Origin: Malacoraja senta
Lineage: Eukaryota
Reading direction: 5' to 3'
NCBI GenBank assembly: GCA_038087875.1
Contig: JAXLNO010000573.1
Location: forward strand, 186,001-250,000
DNA: 64,000 bases
This document shows positions 35,067-46,552 of this stretch, one piece after another. Below the pieces are notes generated by a model. The model was not told where the DNA came from, searched no databases, and worked only from the letters and a program-made list of their open reading frames with translations. Positions within the stretch are counted from its first letter, which is position 1; every line of letters begins with the position of its first letter. The translations under genes and the position numbers were made by a program.

Positions 35067-38000
35067 TAGAGTCATTGGCGTGACAGCTTCACATGGCAGT
35101 ATCCTATTGGGAAGCCAGAACCACCAAAAGTGGCTGTGTTGCACTAATCAGCCAGAAGGGAGCAGTTCTATCTGTCATCAACATTGGCTCCATATCCCAC
35201 AAAATCACAGTGTCTACGTGTACATGGACAAGGAATCCTTATACGGATTCCACCTAATACTCCTTCATATTAAACAACAGGTGGAAATCTATTGAGAATA
35301 TCAATGGTGCATCCCCAGCTTCTTAAAGGCAACCAGGAATGAGCAATAAATGCTGACAAATTCCAAATCGATCTAATACTTTGGCATTAAATGCAACACC
35401 GGTAATAATTTATCATAATGTGCTCTTAATTGCTCTCTGCCATGGACATGGTAAATATTTTGAAGAAGTATGTTGTCAAGCATGTTGTAATATATTTCCC
35501 AGTTGCCATCATACACCCTGGACGAAAGCTGCGATTGTCTCTTTCCAGCTTTCTCAAAATTAACATTCATGGACAACAATTTATGATTTTATTGCTGAGT
35601 GAAAGCCTTAACTCACGAGTTACTCAAAGAATGGTCTTTTCTCCACTCTGTTCTCATTAACTAATAGTGGCATTCACTGCAGATCATTCCATCCCCCCCC
35701 CGCCCTGGTGCTGGTGATACCACTCAATGTTCTCCAACAACCCACCAATCACACACTCTCAATCAACATCAATTCTGGTCTTTTTGCAGTGCTTCTTCAT
35801 GTCTTGTACCTTTTGTTCAATGGATCAATCAAAATCATATTCCTTTCAATTTTCTCCATGTGTCAGTATTCTTGATCTCATCTCCTCCTGTGAATTCAAA
35901 TAGCTCTCCTGCATGCCCAACTACAGCTGCCCTCAAGTATACATTTTATCTTTTAAGCAAAGCCATTATTTTCTGCAAAATATGTAAAGGTTGTCCATCC
36001 GAGAAACTGTCAGCCTGCCATCTGGGAAAAAGCTTTTAGATCAATTCTATGGCACTTGTGAGCAGAATACAAGAAATAAATAAGCTACCTGCCCAACTGC
36101 TCTTCATTATTAGTATCCAACCTTTTCTAGATCTATCAGGAACAGTATCTTAGACAAGGATGGATTCAACTTGTCTCATAGCTACAATCATCCTTTCTAC
36201 TGATCTGTTCTAATTAGAGGATTTCTGACAAGATCCCTGTGAAATAACACGGTGGCCTATCTCTGTTGAAGAATTAAGATATCTGACACAATAATGCATG
36301 GACAGGCAGACCTTTACATGCATGAATAAAGTATTCAACCTGTCACTGACTGCAGACATTCACAGGGACTTAAGCAGGGGGGCAAGAATGCGATCCCACA
36401 TACCTAGGCTGTGAATTTACCCCCTCTAGACATGACCACATGGAATGAAGCACTGCAGAAAGAGGCCACCCGCCCCTTCATATTCCTGCCAGATCTTTGA
36501 ACGGACTTTCCAGCTTCTCCCCACGCCATCGCCACAGAATTGTAGAATGAGACGTCAGGCAAAGGAACGGATGATAACCCAACCTCCACAAACATGAAGG
36601 ATATCGCCCACACTGCATTTTGTAAGTTGGCCACTTGTAGATTTTTTTTGTTAATATCTCCTTCAGCTTTGTCGGTTGCAGTTTATGGATATATTTGTTT
36701 GGATAACCTGTTCACAAATGGATTGGAGGCTGGTAGCCTTTTCTGCCTTGGTGAACTAGAATTGCATTGGGCCCTCACATTTGGGTGGCGGTATATGGAT
36801 GGCAAGAGACCAACTCTTACTGCACTCAAGAGGAGATCTCCAAAATGATAGAAAAACAACCAAGATTATGGCATGCAATTACTTCCACTGCTCTCTCACT
36901 GCTTCCAACAAGCAGCTAGCAGAGTACCCAAGGAATATCAATTCCTCCTTTTATTGGCTATCAGCAATTATAACTCCAGGACAAAATTCTTTGTCCTTAT
37001 AGCTCAAGGAAAATATATTAATATTATGCAAATGAGTACCATGCAATTTTAAATGCAACTAATAAATGTTTAATGACAGGTTGCTTGCACAGTCGGTCCA
37101 TCCTGAATGTCAGTAAGTGACAATGGAGCCCACAGCTCTTTTGTTTCATGGTGCTTCTAAATGCAAAAAATCTATGTAGATGGCAGTCTTTAAAATACAA
37201 GTTGCTTTTAAGAGAGACAAGGACATGAAAGGCAATGAAAAAATATCTGCTGATTTGTTGTAGACCAAATGAAAATGTGTAACAGATTGATGATAAGACT
37301 TGGAGGGAAATATAGCTCGTGCCACTGATGTGCCCAAGGGGTGCCATGGTGTATGTGATATTCTACAAGCTCAAGCTGTACATGATGCTATTGTGCAACC
37401 TGCAAGATGCTTCTGCTACTCTTTCCCATCTCTAGTATCTGTCCCCACAGTTCGCTAACTAGGCTGAGAGACATGATGCCCTGTTGACTTCAGCAGGTCT
37501 TATCTTGGTATATCAGGAGGACACCTCTCATAACCATTAATCACAGCAGCTTAATAAGCTTCCATTGCCACCCTGCAAACAATTATGGTGTATCACCACT
37601 TCATGACCCACCCACGTGGTCTATTTCCCAGCTATATTTACTTTGCTTCATACCTGAAGGCTAGAAAATGTGCATAAGAGTACAACAGAAAACGAGGAAG
37701 GTAACATGAATTTTGTCTTGCAAGGGTAATTGAGCGTTACCGAGAAGGAGTCATGGCACATGGCATTGATCAGACCACTCCTGAAGGAATGTCCTTACTT
37801 AATATAGTTGCATTGAGGACAATTCAATAATGGGATACAGAATGATGGAGTTGTCTTATAAAGAAAGATTGAGCAGGTTCACGAGAATTTAGAAAAATGA
37901 GAGGTGATCTAATTTAGACATATAAGATCCTGAGGGCATTGACATAAGCTGAGGGGATGTTTACCCTCACGGGAAATTCTAAATCTATGTTCAGAGTTTC

Positions 38001-40514
38001 ACAGAAAGGAATCACCTGATTAAGACTGAGCGTAGATGATTTTTACTTGCTCAGGAAAAAAAAAATCAAATTTATATTGTGATTTTATTAGAGCTGGTGG
38101 CTTAAACAGAACAAAAGTTGAAATTATTTTTTACTCTGCAATTACATATTTTGTTATGGGATGTGGAAGGATTTGCGTGTGCAAGAATCCCTCTGACAGC
38201 TTCCCTGACAGATGTTGCATTTGCAATCATTATGCCTCATTTTAAAATCTAGCAAACATCATACCATATAATCAGCGGTATTGAAAGTAGAATATCAGAT
38301 GCCATTTCTTCTTTCTGCAATCTTGCTTCTCTTTTTCACTGAATATGAGATGGGGAAAAAGCATTTAGATTCCAACTTTTTCTGCATGTTCTTCCAATCT
38401 ACAATTTTTTTCTTGATTAAGCCTTCCTTTAATCAGTGGTGTCAGATATTGCAGAAATGGAAGATGATAGATGCAGAAGAAGTCAGTAAATTAAGTAGCA
38501 GTGTTTATTGGAATCAGTTCCCTCTGTTTTCCAATCTGTTTGTCTTCTATTATATCAATGGGAAGAAATATTAATCATGTGACCTCTGTGCTGACTAGTT
38601 AATTTATAAAAAGCATGTTTTTGTGAAAACCCAGCTTTTCCCTCCTCGTTAATGCTTAAAGTTACTGAAGTATAAAAAAACATTTCCAGATTAATCCAAG
38701 CCCGAAAAAACCAACAGTGATAAGAGTCAGTCCCTGCCACTAAATCCTTAAGTACTCCTAACAGGGTTACTATGCAGCTACTGTAATTGTGGCAATGTCA
38801 GATTTCACTGAAGGATAGGGCTAATTTTTGGGCATTCTACAGACTCCATGGCAGTAGAATATTGCTGACAACAGCCAAGTTCATGGGAGAAGCAAAATCC
38901 GCATTGTGCTGTGAAATTATTGCCAAATAGCGTTGCCAGAACTGCATAAACTAATGCTAATTCAAGCACAGACTGTGCTGAACGGGTCCACCGCACACAC
39001 ATATCGGTGCAACTGGGAGAAGTATTTAGTCATGAAGTGTTCAATGTCACTGGATATTTTTCCAATTTACTTGAAACTTGACAGCAGAAAATTCATTCAA
39101 AGCAAAGTGTTGGTCCTGTCAGAATGGTTTTGAAGCTACCTTCATTTAGAAACATATCAGAAGTATATATTTTTAAATAATGAGTGTTTGCAAACAGTGG
39201 AATATGTTTTAAAATGTAGCAGTGTTTTATTGGAAGGGTAATGCATTATTATATTCTATGCTGATGAGAAAGCTGAGCCTTAAATCAATTATGCGGACTT
39301 TCCTGTCAGTGGTAATGGGAACCCATATAACCCAGGGTGGTTGGAGAGAGTTATGGTTCACTTTAATATGCTCTTGTTTTCATGTATTGATTGCCCATTC
39401 TCAGAATATTCCCGCAAGAGAGGAATGCCATCATTAGTAATATGTACTTTGGAAGGATTATTGAGCCTGACAGTGTGAAGATAGGGAGTTAATGTGCATA
39501 CTTGATGTTGAATCATCCAAGGATTTATGGCAAATATTAAGTCAATGCTTAAGGAGATGCCACTGATGCTCAATTGAATTTGAATGTACATGGTACAACA
39601 CTGGTCCCTTCCAAAACACCAACATAATTTCAGCCAAAGCAGAAGAAGGCACTACTGCATATTTTTGTGTGGATTCGTCTTCAAGCAGGAAACTTTCAGG
39701 GTTTCAATAAATATGTGTTTGAAGATCTTCCGGTACATTTTTTTCCCGTGGGCATTGTCAAATTGTGTACCTTTTTCAGGTTAAATATATCACACACTTT
39801 GTGACAAATGTACAATAGCTACTACTTAACACACAGGGTGCAGTCCCTTGTATTTATCTGCACAACATCACAGGGTTTCCCACAAGTTGTTCACAACCCT
39901 CAATATTTGATTCTGATTTTCCTTTATTTTTCACACATTAAATGCATTATATGCAAAGAAAAAAAAAATATTTTTAAAATTAACAATCTCAATGAACACA
40001 TCTGGCAAAAATGCGATTATATGTATCTGTTGAATTGTGACTTTGTGCCTTTAATATCTTGATAAAGATTTTAAATTGTGGGCTTCGCACCACAAAAAAG
40101 GGCCGGTTGCAATATTTCTGCCTAAAATGGGGTAGAATAGTATAGCTGAGCCCACAGGCTTCCAGTTTACATGCCATACACATTTATCACAACCATTTGC
40201 TCGGGTGGCTGAAGTATGTTTTCTTCAACTTCATCCAGCTTTTATATTAAATGTATTCTTTGAATAGCTGGTGCACAAAGTTTGTGAGATAAACCAGGTA
40301 CAGTTCATGGTGCTGGGGAGATGGGAAGTGAAACTGGACTTTGTTATAGATTGCACACTAAAGTCAAAATCAAAACAAACACTTTTTTTCTACTTTATCT
40401 GGTGCAATGCCACACGGCATTCATTTTTCAAACAAATTGCCATGATTTCAGCATTCAAGCAGCACTAACCATCTTATTTATGAGCTCCATGCATCTGACT
40501 CATATTGGTAGAGC

Positions 40515-43319
40515 ATCGCCGCCGGACCGGGCCCACTCTACACGGCCGCCGGACCGGGGATCCACGAACTTGGCCGCCGCACCGCACCCTATTCACCCCG
40601 TCGCCTCACCGGACTGGTCGAACCGCGCCGCCCCACCGACCATCCGCCTACCGGGACCTCCCACGCATCGCCCGTGGACCCCGACTCTACTGCCCACCTA
40701 CCCCGACCATCGGGTCCGCCGACCCTCGCCACTGCAACGCTCTCCAGCCCCACCGACCCCGACTACACTGCCCACGGACCCCGACCGTCGGGTCCGCTGA
40801 CCCTCGCCACTGCACCTCCCTCCAGCAGCCCGCAGCCGTCGCCTTACCTGCAAACTGGACTCTGCACTGGGCCTGAAGCCTCCACGCTGTTCACTCCCAC
40901 CCTCCTGGGTTTGACTCCACTGGGTCCTAGCGCTAGTCTGCCTAGCCCTGGTTATCTCAGTGGCAGTTCCACTGATTCTTCCCCATCCCTCTCCAACTAT
41001 GGGACCACTTCTCTTCCACACCCACACCACTGCCCTCTCACCCCCCCACCCCCTGACCACCCACCACCCCCCCACCACACATCGCCTCGTCCCCATTACA
41101 CCCACCTGCCTTCCTCCGGCCCCAACCCCCATCCCTGCCGGGTGTTCACCATCCCCCCCGACCTCCCCCTCTCCGACATCGAACGGTCTGTCCTCAGCAG
41201 AGGTCTTACCTTTGTCCCCCTCCGTCCCCATCTCAATGAGTTCCGTGCCCTCCATGACTTGGAACGCTTCTACCGTCGCCTCCGCCTCACAGCTCACTTC
41301 CATGGGAAGCAGTCCTCGCTCCCCACTGATGACCCCTTTTCCCGTCTCCAACGCACCCCATCCTCATGGAACCCCCCTCGCAGCCTTCCGGCTTTAGAAC
41401 TCTTTATTAAAAACTGCCGCCGTGACATCAGCCGCCTCAACTTCTCCACTCCCCTGTCTCACTCCAATCTCTCCCCCCTTGAACGCACTGCCATCGACTC
41501 ACTCCGCAACAACCTAGATTGGGTTATCAAACCCGCCGACAAGGGAGGTGCCGTGGTAGTCTGGCGCGTCGACCTCTACAAAGCTGAGGCCACGCGCCAA
41601 CTCTCGGACACCTCTTCCTACTTACCCCTGGACCATGACCCCACTGACGAGCACCAGGCCACCATCTCCAGCACCATCACCAACTTCATCCACTCCCACG
41701 CCCTGCCCGAACGAGCCTCCAACCTCATCGTTCCCCAGCCCCGCACAGCCCGCTTTTACCTTCTCCCCAAAATCCACAAACCTGACTGTCCCGGTAGACC
41801 CATTGTCTCTGCCTGTTCTTGCCCCACCGAACTCATCTCCACCTACCTCGACTCCATACTATCCCCCTTGGTTAAATCCCTCCCCACCTATGTTCAAGAC
41901 ACCTCAGACACTCTCCGTCATCTCCGCGCATTCCACTCTCTAGGCCCTCACCCCCTCATCTTCACCATGGACGTCCAGTCACTGTACACCTCCATCCCCC
42001 ACCAGGATGGTCTCAAAGCCCTCCGTTTTTTCCTCGACCGTAGAAGCAATCTATACCCGGCCACTGACACCCTCCTCCGCCTAGCGGAGCTGGTACTTAC
42101 ACTTAATAACTTTTCATTTGACTCCTCCCATTTCCTCCAAATACAAGGCGTAGCTATGGGCACACGCATGGGCCCCAGCTGCCTCTTTGTCGGGTACGTA
42201 GAACAATCCCTGTTCAATGCGTACCAGGGCCCCATCCCCGACCTCTACCTCCGCTACATTGATGATTGTTTTGGTGCCACATCCTGCACCCACACACAAC
42301 TGACTGACTTCATCCGCTTCACCACCAACTTCCATCCGGCACTCAAATACACCTGGACCATTTCCGACACTTCCCTACCATTCCTTGACCTCACTATCTC
42401 CATCGCAGGTGATAGACTCCTTACCGACATCCACTACAAACCTACCGACTCCCATGGCTATCTGGACTACACTTCTTCCCACCCTGCTTCCTGTAAGGAC
42501 TACATCCCCCACTCCCAATTCCTCCGTCTACGCCGCATCTGCTCCCAGGATGATGCGTTCCACACCAGGGCATCTGAAATGTCCTCATTCTTCAGGGAAC
42601 GGGGGTTCCCCTCCTCCACCATAGATGAGGCTCGCACCAGGGTCTCTGCCATACCCCGCAACACTGCTCTCTCTCCCCATCCCCCCACTCACAACAAAGG
42701 CAGAGTCCCCCTAGTCCTCACCTTTCACCCCACCAGCCGTCACATACAACAAGTGATCCTCCGTCAGTTCCGCCACCTCCAACGTGACCCCACCACTCGC
42801 CACATCTTCCCATCTCCCCCTATGTCTGCCTTCCGCAAAGACCGCTCCCTCCGTAACTCCCTTGTCAATTCTTCCCTTCCCTCCCATACCACCCCCTCCC
42901 CTGGTACTTTCCCTTGCAACCGCAAGAGATGCAACACTTGTCCCTTCACTTCCCCCCTCCACTCCATTCCAGGACCCAAGCAGTCGTTCCAGGTGCGACA
43001 GAGGTTCACCTGCATCTCCTCCAACCTCATCTATTGCATTCGCTGCTCTAGATGCCAGCTGATCTACATCGGTGAGACCAAGCGGAGGCTTGGCGATCGT
43101 TTCGCCGAACACCTCCGGTCGGTCCGCAATAACCAACCTGAACTCCCGGTGGCTCAGCACTTCAACTCCCCCTCCCATTCCGTATCTGACCTCTCTGTCC
43201 TGGGTCTCCTCCATGGCCACAGCGAGCAACACCGTAAATTGGAGGAAATGCACCTCATATTCCGCTTGGGCAGTCTACATCCTGGTGGCCTGAACGTTGA
43301 ATTCTCCCAATTCTGCTAG
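40515..43319 (+). CDS. Penelope-like polyprotein, N-terminally truncated: Pro-rich repeats, RT, Cys linker, GIY-YIG endonuclease
   Basis: Frame open from 40515 into ORF 40674..43319; IKPADKGG, LPKIHK, GRPIVS, MDVQSLYTSIP, GVAMG, RYIDD, LPFLD, CNRKRCNTC, NLIY..CSRC..YIGET..RFAEH. Confidence 0.92.
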   Translation: MAAGPGPLYTAAGPGIHELGRRTAPYSPRRLTGLVEPRRPTDHPPTGTSHASPVDPDSTAHLPRPSGPPTLATATLSSPTDPDYTAHGPRPSGPLTLATAPPSSSPQPSPYLQTGLCTGPEASTLFTPTLLGLTPLGPSASLPSPGYLSGSSTDSSPSLSNYGTTSLPHPHHCPLTPPPPDHPPPPHHTSPRPHYTHLPSSGPNPHPCRVFTIPPDLPLSDIERSVLSRGLTFVPLRPHLNEFRALHDLERFYRRLRLTAHFHGKQSSLPTDDPFSRLQRTPSSWNPPRSLPALELFIKNCRRDISRLNFSTPLSHSNLSPLERTAIDSLRNNLDWVIKPADKGGAVVVWRVDLYKAEATRQLSDTSSYLPLDHDPTDEHQATISSTITNFIHSHALPERASNLIVPQPRTARFYLLPKIHKPDCPGRPIVSACSCPTELISTYLDSILSPLVKSLPTYVQDTSDTLRHLRAFHSLGPHPLIFTMDVQSLYTSIPHQDGLKALRFFLDRRSNLYPATDTLLRLAELVLTLNNFSFDSSHFLQIQGVAMGTRMGPSCLFVGYVEQSLFNAYQGPIPDLYLRYIDDCFGATSCTHTQLTDFIRFTTNFHPALKYTWTISDTSLPFLDLTISIAGDRLLTDIHYKPTDSHGYLDYTSSHPASCKDYIPHSQFLRLRRICSQDDAFHTRASEMSSFFRERGFPSSTIDEARTRVSAIPRNTALSPHPPTHNKGRVPLVLTFHPTSRHIQQVILRQFRHLQRDPTTRHIFPSPPMSAFRKDRSLRNSLVNSSLPSHTTPSPGTFPCNRKRCNTCPFTSPLHSIPGPKQSFQVRQRFTCISSNLIYCIRCSRCQLIYIGETKRRLGDRFAEHLRSVRNNQPELPVAQHFNSPSHSVSDLSVLGLLHGHSEQHRKLEEMHLIFRLGSLHPGGLNVEFSQFC
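40677..40832 (+). repeat. Two in-frame 78-bp tandem units (26 aa)
   Basis: DPDSTAHLPRPSGPPTLATATLSSPT / DPDYTAHGPRPSGPLTLATAPPSSSP. Confidence 0.8.
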
Positions 43320-43430
43320 CCCTGGGTGTCCCCTCCCCTTCATCAGCCATCTGGTTGTCTCCGCCCCTCCCCCAGCCCTCGGGCTCCTCCTCCTCCTTTT
43401 CCTTTTTTCCTTTCTTCTCCCCACCCCCTA

Positions 43431-43470
43431 TCAGTCTGAAGAAGGGTTTCGGCCCGAAACGTTACCTATT
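43431..43470 (+). ncRNA. Putative minimal type I hammerhead ribozyme in the Penelope 3' repeat
   Basis: CTGAAGA (43436-42), A, stem II GGGT-TTCG-GCCC, GAAAC, GTT; stem I pairing is weak. Confidence 0.6.
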
Positions 43471-45052
43471 TCCTTCGCTCCATAGATGCTGCTGCACCCG
43501 CTGAGTTTCTCCAGCATTTTTGTGTACCTTTGGTAGAGGTCATATTGCATCTTTGTAAGGGGAAGAGCTTCATGATGGAGTTAATTCTGTAGATGTCGGG
43601 AGCTTACTGGAAGATATGGCTGATCATGGGCGCCAGCAGGCACCCTGATTTCTGGAGGCCTTGGTCAATGAGGTAGACCTACTCCCTCTAGGGGATCGGG
43701 TAAGCATCAGGCAGGTGATCACAAGCAGAGTCAACCAAAAGAGTGAAATTGCCGGGACAGTGTCATGCTAAGTTTATTGACCACAACTGCGTGGTCACAA
43801 TCAGTTTGAAAAGTTCAATGACAGTTCCAATAACATGCTGCTCCATATAATACAACAAATCATATCTACCAACTCAAATTTCAAACAGCACTCCCAAATT
43901 GTATTAAAAATCTCCACATTTTTATGCACTTGATACTGCTCTAAATTTCAGTTTTCATAGCTTGCACAGGCTGCCCGCTATTCAAATAAGGCAAACATAT
44001 CAATTAATCTCATTATGTTGCTTTCACTGACACATTGCTCTCCTTCGGTGGATGCAGTAAACGGGTGATTGAGAAGCATTGGACATGCTCTAAGCATCCT
44101 ACAGCTTTGTACGGAAAGCTCTGTCACCACAGAGTTCAAGTCCAGCAGACACTGCAATCCTAGAACAGAAGTGATATCACCCAACAAACATTCAGACAAC
44201 TTAAACATTTCCAGGCACTTTTTGGCAGAGTGAATGTGTTTCTAATTCTTACATTGTCCTATCTGCCAAAATCTGGCATGGATTTAAAACCAGGATCTGT
44301 ATGAAAATTTAAAAAAACGGCTAATGCTGGGAAGCAGAAATAAAAGCAGAAATTGCTGGAAATACTCAGCAGGTCTTTGAATTGAAGCATAATTCTTTTT
44401 TCATTTTCCACAAATGCTATCACACCATAAGTTGTTTTACTGATTGTGGATTGACTAGTGAACTTCCATTTGTTTTTTATTGAATTACTTTTTATTATCC
44501 TTACACTGCTGCTAATTAGAATCAGTAGTATAACATGTTTTGCTATTTCAATGGGCAAATGTGAAGTACCAGATTTTAATTTCCCTTTAATAGCATAGAA
44601 AGATTGTACTGCAGTGTTGGAAGACGCCTTGGCATCAATGCTTGGCACCAGTGAGTCTTCTGATACTAGTAGATAGCCATCAGTCTGGCACCATGGGTGA
44701 AGGGAGGAGAAAGAGTGTGCGCCCATCCAAAGTTTTATGTTGCCAGTGTGAGTACACAGTCCTCAGTAGCAGTATGTGAAACTGAATTTAGATTAATAAA
44801 TTTAAGAAAACCTGCAGCTGAGAAAATTCACCACGTTTTCAGATAATGGTAATTGTGAAGTTATGTATGGAGTCATTGAATCATAGAGTCATGCAGCATG
44901 GAAACAAGTCCTATGGTCCAACTTATCCATGTCTACTCAGATAACCCATCCAAGATAGTCTCATTTGCCTGCACCTGCCCCATATGCCACTAAACCTTTC
45001 CTATGTATATACAGGCCTAATTGTCTTTTAAATGTATCTGTCCCAATTAATT

Positions 45053-45212
45053 GTGTAGGAAAGAACTGCAGATGCTGGTTTAAAAAGAAGATAGACATAA
45101 AAACCCGGAGTAACTCAGCGGGACAGGCACCACCAATGAACGTCACCCACTCCTTCTCTCCAGAGATGCTGCCTGTCCTGCTGAGTTACTCCAGCTTTTT
45201 GTGTCTATCTTT
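45053..45212. repeat. Fold-back Penelope-derived insertion
   Basis: Inverted terminal-repeat arms; 14-bp TSD TGTC(C/T)CAATTAATT at 45039-45052 and 45213-45226. Confidence 0.78.
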
Positions 45213-46552
45213 TGTCTCAATTAATTCCCCCTGGCAGCTCGTTCCATAAACCCCCCTTCTTCTGTGTGAAACAAGTGCCCCTCAGATTCCTATTGAATCT
45301 TTCCCCTTTCAACTTAGAAATGCACTCCCTAGTTCATGATTCCTCTACCCTAGATAAAGATTCTGTGCATTCATCCTATCTATACCCCTTCAAGATGATA
45401 TACAGATCTATATGATAACCATTCAGCCTCCTGAGATCTGAAGAAAAAAGTCCTAGACTGTCAAATCTCTCCCTATACTTCAGGCTCTCACATCCTGTCA
45501 ATATCCTTGTAAATCTTCTCTGCACCCTTTCCAGTTTAATGACGTTTTCTTTGGCAGGATGACCAAAACTGACCAAATTTCCATCAACTTTTTCCTCCCA
45601 ACTCATACCTCCCTTTTACTCAAACCATAACTCCCAAAGGAGATTATGCCTTGATCCTTAGGTCATGACCCTTAACTACATTCGAAATATAATGTTATTT
45701 TGAGTGCAGGGAAATATGAACTTGTACTCCTCGATCATTATGCCCTGCACTGCTCGCTGTGAAGGTCCTGCCCTGGTTTGACTTCCCCAAAATGCAACAC
45801 CTCACATTTATCCAAAATAATCTTCATGTAGCATTCTTCACACTATTTGCCCTACTGATCAAGATCCTGCTGTAATTCTTGATAACCATCTTCACTATCT
45901 AAAAAACATCATTTCTAATGTCATCTGTAAATACCTACCAATCGTGCCTTGCACATTATCATCAAAAATATTGATGTAGATGAATAGCATCAATGGGCCC
46001 AGCACCAATCCCTGAGGCGCACACTAGTCATCGGCCTCCAGTCAGAAAAAACAACTTCCTCCACCACACTCTGCTTCCCACCATTAAACCAATTCTGCAT
46101 TTAGTTAATTAGTTCTCCCTGGATCCCATTCAATCTAACCTTCGAGAGCAGCCAACCATGTAGAAATATGCCCAAGGCACTGCCCAAATTAACCTTCTTG
46201 ATTATGACTTCAAAAAATTCAATCAAATTTGTGAGATACATTGTCCCACATACAAAACCATGCTGAACATCCTTAATCAACCCTTTTCTTTCCAAATGCA
46301 TGTGTATATTACCCCTCAGAATCTTCTCCAGTAACTTTACCATTTCCAGTAACTTTTAATGGTTCCCAGTTTTTTATTTGCTACCCTTCTTAAATAGTGA
46401 TAATTTTAGCCACAATTCCAGTCTTCTGGCAGCTCACCTGTGTCTAACAAAGATTTGTATATCAGCCAGGACTCCTGCAATTTCTTCTCTAGCTTCCCAC
46501 AGTGTCTTTGGATATTCTGTATTAGGCCCAGGAGATGTATCTGCCTTCATAT

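Larger units (their letters stand above)
40514..43529 (+). mobile_element. Penelope-like retroelement (Neptune-like), 5'-truncated
   Basis: RT + GIY-YIG ORF, 3' terminal repeat, 9-bp TSD TTGGTAGAG at 40505-40513 and 43530-43538. Confidence 0.95.

Noticed and set aside
34750..35067. Two inverted Penelope ends enclosing ~220 bp as one composite element
   Set aside because: The right piece has its own TSD, so independent insertions are more likely
36546..36621. Possible coding exon (tgtag..gtaagt)
   Set aside because: Weak pyrimidine tract, unrecognisable peptide, no partner exons; not supportable from sequence alone
40698..43485. Alternative-frame and antisense ORFs (up to 217 aa) over the Penelope ORF
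   Set aside because: By-product of strong C-rich codon bias
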